Below, piece by piece: positions 11,801-26,800 of a stretch of 64,000 nucleotides of DNA. The notes beneath the pieces were generated by a model. That model ran no database searches. It was not told the DNA's origin and saw only the letters and a program-made list of their open reading frames with translations. The DNA is taken from assembly GCA_002633005.1 (NCBI GenBank), contig NMRA01000522.1, positions 8,897 to 72,896 on the forward strand, read 5' to 3'. Every line of letters starts with the position of its first letter. Within the stretch, counting starts at the first letter, position 1. This DNA is from Phoronis australis. Lineage: Eukaryota > Animalia > Phoronida. The position numbers and the translations under genes are program-made.

Positions 11801-14800
11801 CCCCATTTGCCAATGGTCAACTTGGCTCAGTGATTGTGCGTCACTTTTTTCTCGCGAATCAGTGTGCTTGAATAAGAACATTTTGGATAAATATGCGTGA
11901 TGTAGGGATTAAACGTTATTGAATTATTACCACAATGAGATTAGAGATGCACTCTGCCGATCGAGAGTGTGCGTAAGAATGTATTTCGACTAATACACTA
12001 TCGAAGTGCTACTGTAAATCACTTTCAGCTGTCTTTTTGTTAGCAGCATGCCATGAATAATACGCTTACACGAAAGTCGCGCATTTCTAAAGATATGCGT
12101 GACTTTTCATGACTCGTCGTTCGGAACGGCTTTTACCGGGATCAAAGAGAGCGCGGTGCCAGTCGGATTCAGCTGCGATGACTGTATTGTCCGGTGCGAG
12201 CAAGACCCAATTAAAAGTAATTACCCGACCATAAACTGTATGTAAACACCTCTGCCTGTACATACTGGCAAATTTTCAAAATGCATTAACCAACAGTTTT
12301 CGTTAAAAACAAATACCACAGCTGTATTCAGATGGAAAAAAACAACCAAGGTCGGTTTTCGATTTTTAAAAATCGATGAACTATTAAGCTAAAAACTACA
12401 AACATTGGTTACGATTGAAGATAAATGACTGTGCGTATTCATATACTTGGTGATTTACAAACGCTGATCAGAGTTAATAATATCACATTAACAGCACACA
12501 GTGAGTAAATTAGATGTCAATAATTTTTAAAACATCGCTTTTGGCCCAGTGCATGCCGAACTACTTTACTCCAGTAGTAGTACACTAACCGGGAAACTGC
12601 TATTCGCGAAAATGCGCCAATTTCGATAGTTAAAGCTTGTACCGTAATCGTTCGGGTTAACGCCCTGGGCGGTTAAATTGACGAATCCAAAAATTCGGGG
12701 CAGGGCGGTTAACTGAGCAGTGGGCGGTTAAATCGAAAATCCACCTAAAGTAGGGGATGGGCGGTTAACCGAACATGGGCGCTTATTACGACAGACAACC
12801 GCCCTGGGCGGTTAATCTTACCTGGCGATCTAAATCCTGACACAACAATCATACTCGGAACGCGTAGCCCTTTTCAAAGAGCTTTATCGTCACGTCGCCA
12901 AATGACTATGAAAGCGTCATAACAGCGGATGATCCCAACAAAGGTTCTCTTGCCCTCAGATTAGTCATTCACTATTAAATTTACAAAATTGCTGAGTAAT
13001 AGCCCCGTGCCGTCCTGCGGTGCGCAGACGACCAGTAACCACGCAGCCTCCACTAGAATTAAAACTGTTTCAAGATGTGACCCTGCTTAAGTGCGCGCGT
13101 CCAAGCTTCACGTGTTGCAGAGGTCAGACATCAAATTTATGGTTACAGTCTCGTACTATATGTAGCTGTCAAGTTCTGAGTCAGAGAGCAGTTTTAAAAT
13201 TGGTTGTAATAAAAGTTTGAAAAACTTAATTCTGCTGTTTTTTGTGTTTGGGATGTTATAGTCGACACTCCGTGACTCAATGACATTTTCAGCGTATGGT
13301 TCTGCGGCTAGCTGTCTTATCTCGACATCCCGGCATTGCTCTCTTGCCGTTGCGCCAAACATGCTATGCAAAGAAGTAAAACAAGGATCGGGGGTGGTCG
13401 AGCCAGTCGTCGATCAAGAATAAAATTTCAAGCAACTGCATAAATATNNNNNNNNNNNNNNNNNNNNNNNNNNNNNNNNNNNNNNNNNNNNNNNNNNNNN
13501 NNNNNNNNNNNNNNNNNNNNNNNNNNNNNNNNNNNNNNNNNNNNNNNNNNNNNNNNNNNNNNNNNNNNNNNNNNNNNNNNNNNNNNNNNNNNNNNNNNNN
13601 NNNNNNNNNGCAAAACCATTGTCACATTTCTCTGGCCTGATTTTTTCGAATATATGTTTTATCTAGTGCACTGCAGACGGAAACTCAGCGCGGCAGACAA
13701 AGTCGCTGAAAGCGGAGGTTTTGACGCCGGCGGCGTTCTTAAACTTTGCAAACAAGGGAAGAAAATAAAGTGACAAAAAGGTTCAAGTATTATATTTTGA
13801 AGTGAGTTCATGACCCAAAACAATAACTCGTTACCTGTATTGTAATTCAGATTGCTAAACCACTGTCTCGGAGTCCCAGCGTCGTTGCACTCATTGTGAT
13901 CATCGATCTTTTTCTAAAAGTCGGGGAATCGCGCGTTTCCTTAGCACTATGCGCTAAATCTTCATTCTTTAAAAGTCGGGGATGGGCGCTTAACCGAGAG
14001 GTGGGCGCTTAACTGGAAATCTTCAAAATTCGCAAGGGGGCGCTTAACCGAGCAGTGGGTGGTTAAATCGAAAATCCACTTAAAGTCGGGGATGGGCGGT
14101 TAACTGAGCATGGGTGTTAACCCGAACGATTACGGTAGTTGTAATGGAACACCTGTGAAGACAACTTAAGATGGCTAGCTTTGTAGTCAACGAGAGAGAG
14201 TGTAAGCGGTGGATGAGGTTGGTCGGTGGGCAAGAGCTGTGATTTCATTTTTTATGACTGAGGAAAAGGTAGAATAGTTATGTAGTTACTGCAACCACAA
14301 TTGTCCAAAGGTTCCAAATCTTTAGTTTGGCTATTACCATATTTGCACATTTGTATGTACTTTATGTTTTGAGTTCTAATAAAGATTGAACTTGAACTAA
14401 TGGCATGTGGAGTTTTGTTTGCTGTAACATGTTTGGTGTAGCTGTAATTTGGAAAATTCAGGGATTGGTTCACAATTAACTGACTTCTAAGTTGCTTTGA
14501 TGCTTCGTTTAAACACAAAATAAAAAGGTAGCAACCCTAACCGGTAAGAAAAAAGCAAGTATACAGGAGAATTAAAATAAAGTAATGTAAACAGGTGTGA
14601 AACATATTTAAAACCAACGTTCCTTTGAGAAGTGGCCCTTTGTCAAGATCAACGCAAATTAACTTTTTAGTCTTTTTGTAATATTTAAAATGTACCAAGT
14701 TAAAACTGCTCTCCATATTGCAGGCTTTAACTCTGTGCAAATGCCAGAGAAAACAATTTGGGTGTAATAAGGACCACCATTGTTAAGAAAGTAGTGCTAG

Positions 14801-17800
14801 CTATTACCTTTCCACCTCATTAGCTCAGATCTACATCAATACAAAGGGTGTGTTGAATAAATAAAAGTTGTCTGGGGATTAGGGAATCAGGAGCATTGAC
14901 CAGTGTAAGGGAGAAATTCTCCAAATGAACTTATGAGGCAGCAGGAAATTGTGCTAAATTTTTCATGTATGAACTTGTGATGCAGCAGGAAATTGTGCTA
15001 AATTTTTCATGTAGTTTGGAAATTTGATAATTATGCTTGAGTCACAGTTCATTAATGACTATAAAGCAGTCTAAGTATTTCAACATTATTTACCTCAAAA
15101 TGGTATCACTGCATGAGTATTCAATTACTAATAGTGGTTAAAGTAATAATTTTAAAAAAGTGGTCTGAATATCTAGTTTAATTAATTAGTCAGTTGTTGC
15201 TCCATACTAATTGCTTTTAGTTGATTGCTTGGTGGATGTTTTACTTTATCAAGAGTCGCCTTCAAATTACCCTCAACTTTCCTCTCCCTCAGTACCAACA
15301 ATGTTGTATAGTGGGTGAGGTATTGTCATCAAATGGTTAACCATTTTTATATACTGGGTATGTGCTGTCAGTCATCCCCGATTGTCTGGTTGTTACTGGG
15401 CAGAATTCGACGTACGTTCATGAAATCATGCACAGATGTTCCTTTCATGGATGGGACAGCATGAGCCAACTTTCGGACGGATTCAACTACCGGTGTGTCC
15501 CATAGTGGCAATTATAGTTTTTTACGCTTACCTCTATCTTCAAAGGGCCTCAACATATTTTCATAAAATTTGGCATATAGGCATCTATTAGTGAGGTGAC
15601 GCTATCCTCCCGACTGAGGTGACACTATCCTCCCGACTGAGGTGACGCTATCCTCCCGTTTTCGGATGGATTCGACGTAGTTTGCCCCACCTAGTGGCTA
15701 TTTTTGCTGTTTTTGATTCTGTTTTTTGGCATGCACCCCTCTATCAACCAAACCGCTCTAAGAATGATTGTGAAAATTGGCATGTATGTTCTTACTATGA
15801 AGAGGACGGCTGAAGATTGTTTTCCAACGATTTCGACTACTATGGCACCTCCTAGTGGCAGTTTTGTTTTTTTACGCCCATGACTATCTCTCAAACTGTT
15901 GGCAGGATCTTTACTAAATTTTGCAAGTGTGTTTATATGATATTGACAATGTATGACGGCGACTTTCGGACGGATCTGGCAACCGGTGTGTCCCTTAGTG
16001 GCAATTTTAGTTTTTTACGTTTTCCTCTGTATCTTCAAAGGTCCTCAACGTATTTTCATAAAATTTGGCATATAGGCATCTGTTAGTGAGATGATGCTTT
16101 ATCCCATACGCATTGAATTAGTCGAGTGCAATACGGTTTGATCATCCAACCTTCCGAAAATAGTTTATAGTAATACAATTGCAGCAGTGTAAATAACACT
16201 CAACATGCAATCAGGTCCCAACCGTAATATCTAAAACAGGACTGTTAATTGCCGTATTCGCGCCCATAAGCGTCCCCCACGCGTTTTCAGACTTTGCTAA
16301 AATAAGCACTCAGTACATGCGAAAAATGCCTTACCTACAGCTCTAAACTTCTACAGTAACGTCTTCAATTTATCAATTAGATCCTACAGTCCTGAAAAAA
16401 TCATTGTGCGCGGAATTCGTAGACCACGAGCCTCGCTGCTGCTATGTCAGTATTTAGCCGTGACTATACACTTCAAACTTCCGCCGTGCCGCTTCAAAAA
16501 GAACGCAAGTTTTGCTGATCTTGCAAAGGATGTGTCCTATTATGGTCTCGCCTTTCAGAACAGATGCAGCATACTTGTCAAAGGGCTTGTGTTGTGTCTT
16601 TCCGTACAGGAATGCAAATCTCTTTGTACACGTGAAAACCACGAATTGAAGACTAATAAAAACGTGACGTTTGTTGGGTTAAAAGCATGTGGCTGCATTC
16701 AAGAATCTGTCATTGAAGATTAGTCTTCGGGAATTATCTATTCATGAAACAGGTTGCATAGCATTGGCAAGAAATAGATACTGGCACTTACCGTATTCGC
16801 CTCAATAACAGCCCAGGGCGCTTAGAAAAGTTCGGTTCAGGGGGGGTGCTTATTATAACCCAAGGCTGTTGAAACCCGGTCTCCGAAACTGGTGAAATCG
16901 GAAGCTAAGATTCATCAAATTTACGCTCTGTGACGTATATGTAATTTATGAAAGACTTTCAACAAAACTGTGGTGCATTGCTATCAACATTTGCTGCTAA
17001 ATTACGATCATTTTACAGAAAATTGTGCTGAAATCCCAGGGCGAAAACTCGCCGACTGACTGCCTTGAAATCGCCGTCTTCGATATGGCGATTTCAATGC
17101 TTGAATAAAAATGGTTTCGACTCAAGCAAATTACCTGAAATCCTCATTAAGTTTTATAAGTAGCGTCTCTAAGATTTTTTAAGTTCCCTTGGAGTCTGGA
17201 TTAACGGCANNNNNNNNNNNNNNNAGTTTAAGTACAAATCTGTGCAGCATCGTGCCATCTACATGTATGATCGGCAACACGGCGAGAAAAATGTCTGGAC
17301 GAACAAACATGTTGTTGTCACGTGATGTTTGTTTTGAAGTTCGTCTGCGAATAAGCGAGCGCGTGCGTGTCACCAGAGTTCATTTGCCAAAGCAGAGACC
17401 GTCTTTTGGCCAGAGGCACGCAATCTAACTAGCTAGATGTGTCTAAAGAAATTTTCACAGGCAGTAGGCCTAAACCAGAGCATGTTTCATTCAGCACTTG
17501 CCGGTCTCGTGCTAAAAACTTTCGACATTTGTCTCGGTAAGGCCCATATTAGTCGCCGTGTAGCTGGATGCGTACGTAACTATCTGACAGTTATTTTTCG
17601 GTGTAAGGGTGTGTAAGCATTCACTGTCAGTGGTCATTTTATCGGATATTTGGCTTATAAACACCAATTATGGTTAATCAAACAATTCATGTGCTTTTAA
17701 CACTGGCCAAGATTTTTATTAGTCTTCGATTCGCGGTTTTCACGTGTAGGTCTACAAAGAAATTTGGATTCCTGTTGAAAGCTGGATTAATATCAACAAA

Positions 17801-20800
17801 GCAATCTCGTAGACAAGTACAATACTTCTGTTCTGAAAAGTCAGACCGTTGGTCCTCGCAATATCAGCAGATCTTTTGTGTTCGTTTTGAGGCATGGCGG
17901 AAGTATGAAGTGTATAGTCACGGCTAAATACAGACATAGTGGCGAGGCTCGTGCTCTACAAATTCCGCGCACAATGATTTTTTCAGGATATTATTGATAA
18001 ATTGAAGACGTTACTGTAGAATTTTAGGACTGTAGGTAAGGCATTTTTCGCACGTACACGTTCATGGACTGGGCGCTTATTTTAGCAAACTCTGAAAACG
18101 CTTGGGGGGTGCTTATAGGGGCATGGGCGGTTATTATGGTGAATACGGTAAAGCCAGAGAAATGTGACTGTTGTCTTGCCAACACTCCTAATTCGCTTAA
18201 GTGGGAAGCTCTTGGATTTTGAAGAATTTACCTTAACTTTGTGAATATTGTTTCCACCTACCTTTTTAGCCCTCCAGAGTAATTTTGTTTCTTCATTGGC
18301 TAGTTTCAGCTGGAACAAAATACTTCTCATTCGACGTAGGCTGACTAAAAATTGGCAGTAGTGTGGGAAGGGATGAACCCCTCGGGCCTAGGGAACATCA
18401 AGCCGCAAATGATCAGAACTGAGACTTCATGTTGCAGTTTTGGGGAACGTTGCAATCCAAGTGGAGCGCTGCATAGTCACTGGTCATCTGCGCTCTACAG
18501 GTACAGCTCTAACAAGACTGCAGGACGGCACGGGCTATTATACTCAGCAGTTTTGTAAATTTAACCGAAATGATTAATCTGAGGGCAACAGAACTTTGTT
18601 GGGATCATCCGCTGTTATCACATTTTTACTGTCATTTGGCGACGTGGCGATTATAAAGCTCTGAAAAGTGCTACGCGTTCCAGCTGCATGTAGGGCCTGT
18701 GATCATGAGGTAAGATTAACCGCCCACCCCGGTTGTCTGTGGTACTAAGCGCCCATGTTCGGTTAACCGCCCACCCGTGATTTCCTGAAATTTGACGTTT
18801 AAGCGCCCATGTCTGTACAACTGCCCACCCGCGATTTTTTGGATTCGCCAATTTAACCGCCCAGGGCGTTAACCCGAACGTTTACGGCACTATTACTGCT
18901 CCCTTTAGTGGGAATATTTAAGGTAATCATGATCCCTTGTATTTGCAATGCACACATCAGGTGCATGACAACACTCTGCTGTCCTCTTTTTAAAGCTACT
19001 GATAAAGCGCCATCTTTGAACACCATGATGTTGGTTTTTGATTCTTGTTATGGTTCTTAAATATTGCAAGTTAGCATAACTGCTCAAGATTCATGCTTCA
19101 TTACCAGCTTAGTTTCAAGGTCACCAGTTGGGCTTAACCTATTATTAGCATTATGTGAGATAAGGTAGCAGCAGAATTAGTGTTGCCTCTTGCACTAAGA
19201 TTCACTGAACCAGACAGTAGTACACAGAATTTAGATTTGGCGTGATGAATGTTGTCTCTTATTTAGAATTTGGTGACAAGATTGAAACAACTTAATAGAA
19301 TTCAAGTGGTGTAGTGTCCACATACATGCCATTTCCATGGCAACTTTTCTATAGTAGTTATATTTTTTGCTTAAGACCATTGTCTGTTACCATCTGTCTT
19401 AGGTCATGATGAACTCAGTGTTATGAAAGTCAGTTTGAATTAGCTATAGTTCTCAGACAGAAGTATTGATTTTTTCAGAATGACCTTGACCCAATACAGC
19501 GCAAAACACCTTTCTTTGATCTTCGATATGTTTTGCATTGAATATTTAAGAGTTGATGGCCTTGTGATATTAATAACTTAAAACAAAGAGCTTTAATCAA
19601 GTAAATTGATGTATTTGTCAAATATTTAATGTAGAAAACCGTGTCAATAGATAGGATCATATCTGAGAGCTGGTGTTGAGTATGTAATGAGTATATCCTG
19701 TGGACCAGCAAGATAATATACTGGTGTTAGTGCAGGAACTTATAGTTAAGCTGCTATGAACTCAGGCTTTGAAGCTTTGGTGTCTGAACCAAAGCTTCAG
19801 TCAATGGGAACACTTAACTTCAGTCTTGAATCGAGTTGACTCCGGAGTAAATACTAGGTAGATTTAACTGTAAACAACTTGCTATAATGGGAACACATTA
19901 CTTCGATGCCATCGTAGTTTTCGGCAGGGGTCACTGCTTGCATTTGCCAATAGCGAGCTGTGACTACATGGTTAATATTTGTTTATTATTTTTTATAATA
20001 TGTATTACTTTGTCAGTATAAGCATTCTGTTTCAATTTATCCATGCCTTTGCTGGATACTTTGCATTAAAAAATCTGAGTGTATATGGTGCAAATCGAGT
20101 TTTCGCCATACCGCCTTCGTTTGGATCTGGTGAATTGGCCTATTCGAAAGTCAATTTTTTAATGTTATCCTCTAGTATATCGCTGTCATTCCAAGGTAGC
20201 AACCGATGGCTGCCTTGTGAAGTTGACGTTTTCGTTTCCATTTGGAGAGAAGGATTGTGGTGCTTTCCATCCATGTTTGATAAGGACAAAAACACCAAAG
20301 CATGTGACCGAAGGTCATATTAGCACCTCCTTGCAATGACTTCGGTGAACTAGTTTCTGACTAACTCCGAAGTTGATGGGAACACTGACGCTTAACTTCA
20401 CAGTTACCCACACTTAACATCGAAGCTTTGATAGTAACGAAGTTAACTATATGGGAAAGGCCCTTGCCAGCAATATCGGTCATTGACCATCACAAAATTG
20501 TTCTCAGTTCGTTCCTTAGTTAAATTAGCTAGGATTTTTGCTCTTGGGAAGAATTGAGAGTTGATATATTGAGACAAGGATCCACCAGTTAATGTGTCAC
20601 GGTGGTTCATTACCTGTACTGAGTATTCTTGCTAGTAATAATGAACTTCTTTGTAAGCCCACAATGCACTTCTCGTCTGAGTAAGGAACAAGTTGAGACC
20701 AGATTTGTAGTCATTGGTAAGAGGTCAAAATATCTCCAATTAAACATGACTTAAAGTTCAGTATTAAAGTACTTCTTTTGTTACTTACTTTCACATATTA

Positions 20801-23800
20801 TCTTTTTGTGTTTGCAAATTATGTTTTTCCAACTGTTCAATGTCCACTTATAACTGTCCAAAGCTCATCAAAAAGATCATTAAATTTTGAATTCTCTGTA
20901 CTTGAAACTATAGTCTTGGCAGTTAACAGCAACTAGCCCGTGGCAGGAAGTCAAGATAAGATTATGTAATACCTTATTGACAAGTCTCTACATTTAGCCG
21001 AATATCAGCAAAACTATAGAATTCAACTCAGCAAAACTATTTATTTCATGAAAGCAGAAATATATTCGTAGAATTTAATTGTTGACCTATTACCAATCTG
21101 CCATTAATGAAGTCACATGACCATGCTTTTTGGTAAAATTTAGAAAAAGAATGTTACATTCATAGCAAAACAACAGGATATAATGTAAAATCTGGAAAAC
21201 GCTGTTTCACTTTTTATGCGCCCACATATTTATATGTGGACGCATTATGCCGTCATCTCTGTCCGTCCGTCCGTCCGTCCGTCCGTCCGGCGTCCGGCGT
21301 CCACTGCTCTATCTCCAAAACCCTTTGACATACGTTCATGAAATTTGACACATATGTTCCATTCATGAATGGGACGGCATGTGCGAACTTTCGGACGGAT
21401 CCGACTACCGGTGTGCCCCCTAGTGGCAATTTTAGTTTTTTACGCTTACCTTTGTATCTTCAAAAGTCCTGAACGGATTTTCATGAAATTTGGTATGTAG
21501 GCACCTAATAGTGAGATGACGCTATCCTGCCGTTTTCGGATGGATTCGACATAGTTTGCGCCACCTAGTGGCCATTTTTACTGTTTTCGAGTCTGTTTTT
21601 GTGCTTCCACCCCTCTATCAACCAAACCGCTCAAAGGATGATTGTGAAAATTGGCATGTATGTGCTTACTATGTAGAGGACGGTTGNCAACTCAGCAAAA
21701 CTATTTATTTCATGAAAGCAGAAATATATTCGTAGAATTTAATTGTTGACCTATTACCAATCTGCCATTAATGAAGTCACATGACCATGCTTTTTGGTAA
21801 AATTTAGAAAAAGAATGTTACATTCATAGCAAAATAACAGGATATAATGTAAAATCTGGAAAACGCTGTTTCACTTTTTTAAATTATCGTTTCGTTTTAT
21901 GAAAGTTAAAAGTTTTTTTACAAAAATAAAATCAGTCCTGTTTTTGATAGTCCCACACGCAAAAGTGGGATATTTTAAAAACAATTCCTGCATTTCAGAG
22001 ATCACTGTGTAAAGCATTATGTCTGAAAGTTTCATATGAATCCGTCCAGCCACTTCTGTGGTATGATGTTCTAATTTTGACCAACATTTTTCTGGGGTCC
22101 TACTTTGCCTTAACAGCAACACACAAATTTAGCGTGAAATGTCATGCTGAATTTTTGTCGTAAATACATACTGTCATACAGCTAGAAGGTTTATATAGAT
22201 GCTCATCATGGATACTAACACGAGAAGCTCTACAACATTAAATCAGATATATCTCTTGTATCGAGGACACTGTAATGTTTCAAGCTGTTCTTTCTATTTA
22301 CAGGGCGAGACCCTATCACAATTGAAAGAGCCAACCTTCTCAATGTTTGCAAACTGGTCATTAAAGAGTTGATTGATTCGTCTCTGTCCCAAGGACGGAT
22401 GTTGGATGATGACTTTGTACCTCTACAGCAGTTCTTTGTGGTGTTAGAACATGTGTTCAGACATGGGCTAAGACGTAAGTGGGTGTGGCATTGACTTGGA
22501 CTTAGGTTGAGGTACAAGTAGATATGACTGTGATTTGGATTTGGGTTGAGGCACAAATGGGTGTGGTTTGATTTGGGCATGTGTTGAAGCGCGAGTGTGT
22601 CTTTGAGTTGAGACATAGGTATCTGTTACTGACTTGGACTTGCGTTGAGACATCAGTGGGTGTGGCTTTGATTTGGACATGTTTATATGTGGTGGTTGTG
22701 ACAACGCAGTATTTGACCACGCTGTGGCTCGTTTCACTTTCCTGCTGGTCATCAGAGGAGCATGAATATGGCGCAAGCTTGTAGAAGAAACTCGCGTGTT
22801 GGTAGACATGACACACTGGCACTGGGTACGTCTGTACGTCACACTCATGTCCATGGAGTTAAGAAATTTTCAATTAAAGTTGCTTTTCTTCTATTTTATC
22901 GGTTTTGGGATATTGAATTCACGGTTGTGATTTGCAATGCTATAAAGGACGGTTTAATGATGCTGACAATGTAGTCACTTGTCAAAGTTAAGTAAATGGT
23001 AGTTTTAAGCTTTGTGTTTTGACACGATGCAAAAGCTAAGTAGGTGCGACTTTCACTTTAGACAGTTGTGGTCCCATAAATGGGTAAGGCAGTGAGATTA
23101 AAGATAGGTTGACACTTACATGAGCAGGTTATGAGATTATGGTACTAGTCGGGCTTACCACCCATGGTGCTTAAATTGGACAACTCAAGAATGAGAGGGA
23201 AGGGATTTAGGCCGAACATGGGTGCTTAAAGTTCAAATTTTATAATCGTTGGGCAACTGGTCGTGTTAGCGAAGTCTGGGTTTTTGAAAATAAAATTTTG
23301 TAATTTTTGTAATGGGTGGTAAGCCAAGCATGGTTGTTAACATGACAAGTACTGTAATAGGAACTAAATTGTGAGTGTGGCATTGTGTTTAGTCATTGGC
23401 AAAAAGTAAGTCAGTGGGCCTCTGCGTTCAGTCATGGGGTAAAACATAAGTGACTATTGTTTTATGTTTAGACATGGGTTAACATATAATAAGACATAAG
23501 TGGCTATTGTTTTACCGTACTCGTCCGGGTCACTGCCCAGGGCGCTTAAACTGGAAAAATGGGGTATGGGTGGTATGCCGAGCATGGGCGGTTAAAATCT
23601 AAATTTTGGAAAAGTTGGGAGTGGGTGCTTACTGCACAGAGGACTGATTTCACTCTCATGGAGCTACACTGACGTCAGACTTCAAGCGTGTCAGTTAAAA
23701 TATAGGTCGGCGGATTGAAGTAACGGACCTCAACGGCCTGAAGTGAAATAGCGCGCACGATACAGTGGCATCATCTTCCCGAGCATGATTGGGTTTTTAC

Positions 23801-26800
23801 CTACCTCAGTCGCTGTATGGTATTCCTACAGATAGGCGTGCGTTCAGTGGGGTAAGTCTCTTGGGAGTAAAGCAAAATCACGCAAGGCTCCACTAGTTCG
23901 CCATGTATTGCTAAGGGAAGCAGGTGATTTTGTAAAGATTTGCTCCCAGCTAGATACTTTGGCAACCAAGCATGTGCTAATGATTGAAAGGTCTTTCTTT
24001 TTAATACTTTGAACCTAATTTGAACAATGTTACATTTTACATACATTGTATATTTCTTTCTGTGTTGAACAGCCAACACCAACCTCTCAGAGTTTGTTCA
24101 AAGCATGTGCTCAACAATGGATGATACTACTATTAGGCAATAGGGGTGGTCTGTCGGCTGCGCAAATAATGAAGGAAAAACACATCATGTAAAAAGTCAT
24201 CAGGCAAATAAAGAGTTCAAAAAACTAGTTTTTGACCACATGGATGCAGACAGAATGTTTGACTTACGCTTAATGACAAGTTGATTTCTTGTGCTGTTGC
24301 TTTTGGTTGGGTGCTTCCATTTTAGTGTCAGGACCGAGTCATTAAAACATGTCTTTAACTAAGAAATTCCTGTCCAGTACCGCTTTGTTGGTTCTTCCAT
24401 GGCAATGAAATATTTTCGACAAGTACTGTCAGTGATCAGTACAAGCTGACACGAGTTCTGCGTGTGAGCCAAAGGAAACAGTTGTGTCTACCTCAGTAAA
24501 GAGCATGAGAATATGGGTATTTTAGCGTCATAGTAAGGCAAGATCTCGGTCCCGCTAAAACTGGTTGATTGTCATTGAAAGGTAAGCGAGTTGCACATGT
24601 TTTGGAATCTTATTTTTTGCGATGAATGTTCACAAAAACAGAGACATTTTTAAGGAGGTCTCGATTATGAAAAATTGGGGGTGAGCGGTAAGCTGAGCAT
24701 GGGCGCTTAAAAATGAAAAATTGAAAATTTTGGGGGTGGGCGGTTAGCCAAGCATGGGCAGTAACCCAGACGAGTGCGGTATATTTAGTCATAGGTCAAC
24801 ATATAACACCAGTGGCTATTGTTTTATGTTTAGACATGAGTTAACATATAATAAGTGGGTGTGGCTTGGATCCTTTGTTTTGATGTTGGGCGTGTCTTCA
24901 CTGAAATCATGGATTTGGGTTGAAAGGAAGATGACATCTGCAAACTTTGATTAGTATTTTAAAACATATATGTTGTTGGTGGCTCGTGCCATTTTTGATC
25001 AGTTCACAAGTGACTTTCAAATATCTATCTTTGCCAAACTAAAACAAGGCTTGACATAACGACCTGAAATTTGGAAATTCAAGTTCAGATTTTGGCCTAC
25101 TCGCATACGTCGCACATGTGCAACTTTAGTATTCCAACTCCTGTGAGCCAAGTCACATCAACCAAAAACACTAGGGTTTTTTAGTCAAATGGGAAAATAC
25201 AAGTGTCGCAACAGGGAAAATTGCCCCAACAATATTTTTGGTTGTCAAGGTTGTGCAACCTGGAATCTTTGTGCAAGCTGGATTTTGAAATTGCGATCTG
25301 AGATTTTGGCCAGTTCGCGAACGACATCCTGGTAATTGGGGGCCCATGACCATATCTTTCATTGAAATTTAGCAATAAAATGAAAAGCAAGCTGACAGCA
25401 AAGCAATCGTATTAGTGTTGCGACCAAATTTCATTTGATATAAAAGTTCAAGAATGCTGTTGCAGTTTTCAAAGATATCATTATGCGCCCACATTTTGGA
25501 CTGATCCGTCTACCTGAGTGTGCCCCCTAGTGGCAATTTTATTTTTTTTACGTTTACCTTTGTATCTTTAAAAGTCCTTTACGGAATATTCATGAAATTT
25601 AATATGTAGGCACCTATTAGTGAGATGATGCTATCCACCCGTTTTCGGATGGATTCAACGTAGTTTGCGCCACCCAGTGGCCATTTTTACTGTTTTCGAG
25701 TCTGTATTTTTGCGTCCACCGCTCTATCGACCAAACCGCTCAAATGATGATTGTGAAAATTGGCATGTATGTGCTTACTATAAAGAGGACAGCTGGCAAT
25801 GATTTTCAGGCGATTTGGACTACTGTGGCGCCTCCTAGTGGCAGTTTTGTTTTTTTGCGCCTTTGGCTGTATCTCCTAAACCGTTCACAGGATCTTTACG
25901 AAATTTAATAAGTGTATTTATATGATGTTAACAACAGACGATGACGACTTTTGGACGGATCCGCCTACCAGTGTGCCCCCTAGTGGCAATTTTATTTTTT
26001 ACGTTTACCTCTGTATCTTCACAAGTCCTTAACGGATTTTCATGAAATTTGGTATGTAGGCACCTATTAGTGCGATGACGCTATCCTCCCGTTTTCGGAT
26101 GGATTCGACTTAGTTTGTGACACCCAGTGGCCATTTTTACTGTTTTTGAGTCTGTTTTTTGGCGTCCACCCCTCTATCAACCAAACCGCTCTAAGTACGA
26201 TTGTGAAAATTGGCATGTATGTTCTTACTATGAAGAGGACGGTTGACGCTGAATTTCCCATGACTTTGATTACTGTGGCGCCTCCTAGTGGCAGTTTTTT
26301 TTTTGCGCCCATGGCTGTATCTCCCAAACCGTTTGCAGGATCTTTACTAAATTTAGCAAGTGTATTTATGTGATGTTGACAACGGACGATGATGACTTTA
26401 GGATGATTCTGACTACCGGTATGCCTCTAGTGGCAATTTTAGTATTTTACATTGACCTCTGTATTTTCATAGGTCTTCAGGTGTATACTTTGTGTTACTT
26501 CGTGACTATGAAGGAAAAGTTCCAAGTAGAAATTTGTTTCTGGCATTCTAATGCTGTGCTAATCTCGTATGTTGGTAAATTTGTTTTTAATTCTATGTTT
26601 CTGTGGTGCTTTAAGCAACTGGTGTATAGGATGTGCTTGTATTATGAAGATCACTCACATTTTGCCCCTAGCCTATTGAGGAGACAATGACCATGCCTTT
26701 CCATTTTGCAAAGTACAATATACTACATATATGCCCTCTACTGGCCACTTTATGGTACCAATAAACAACCCTAGAAAGATACCGTATACGGTGCAGTTGT

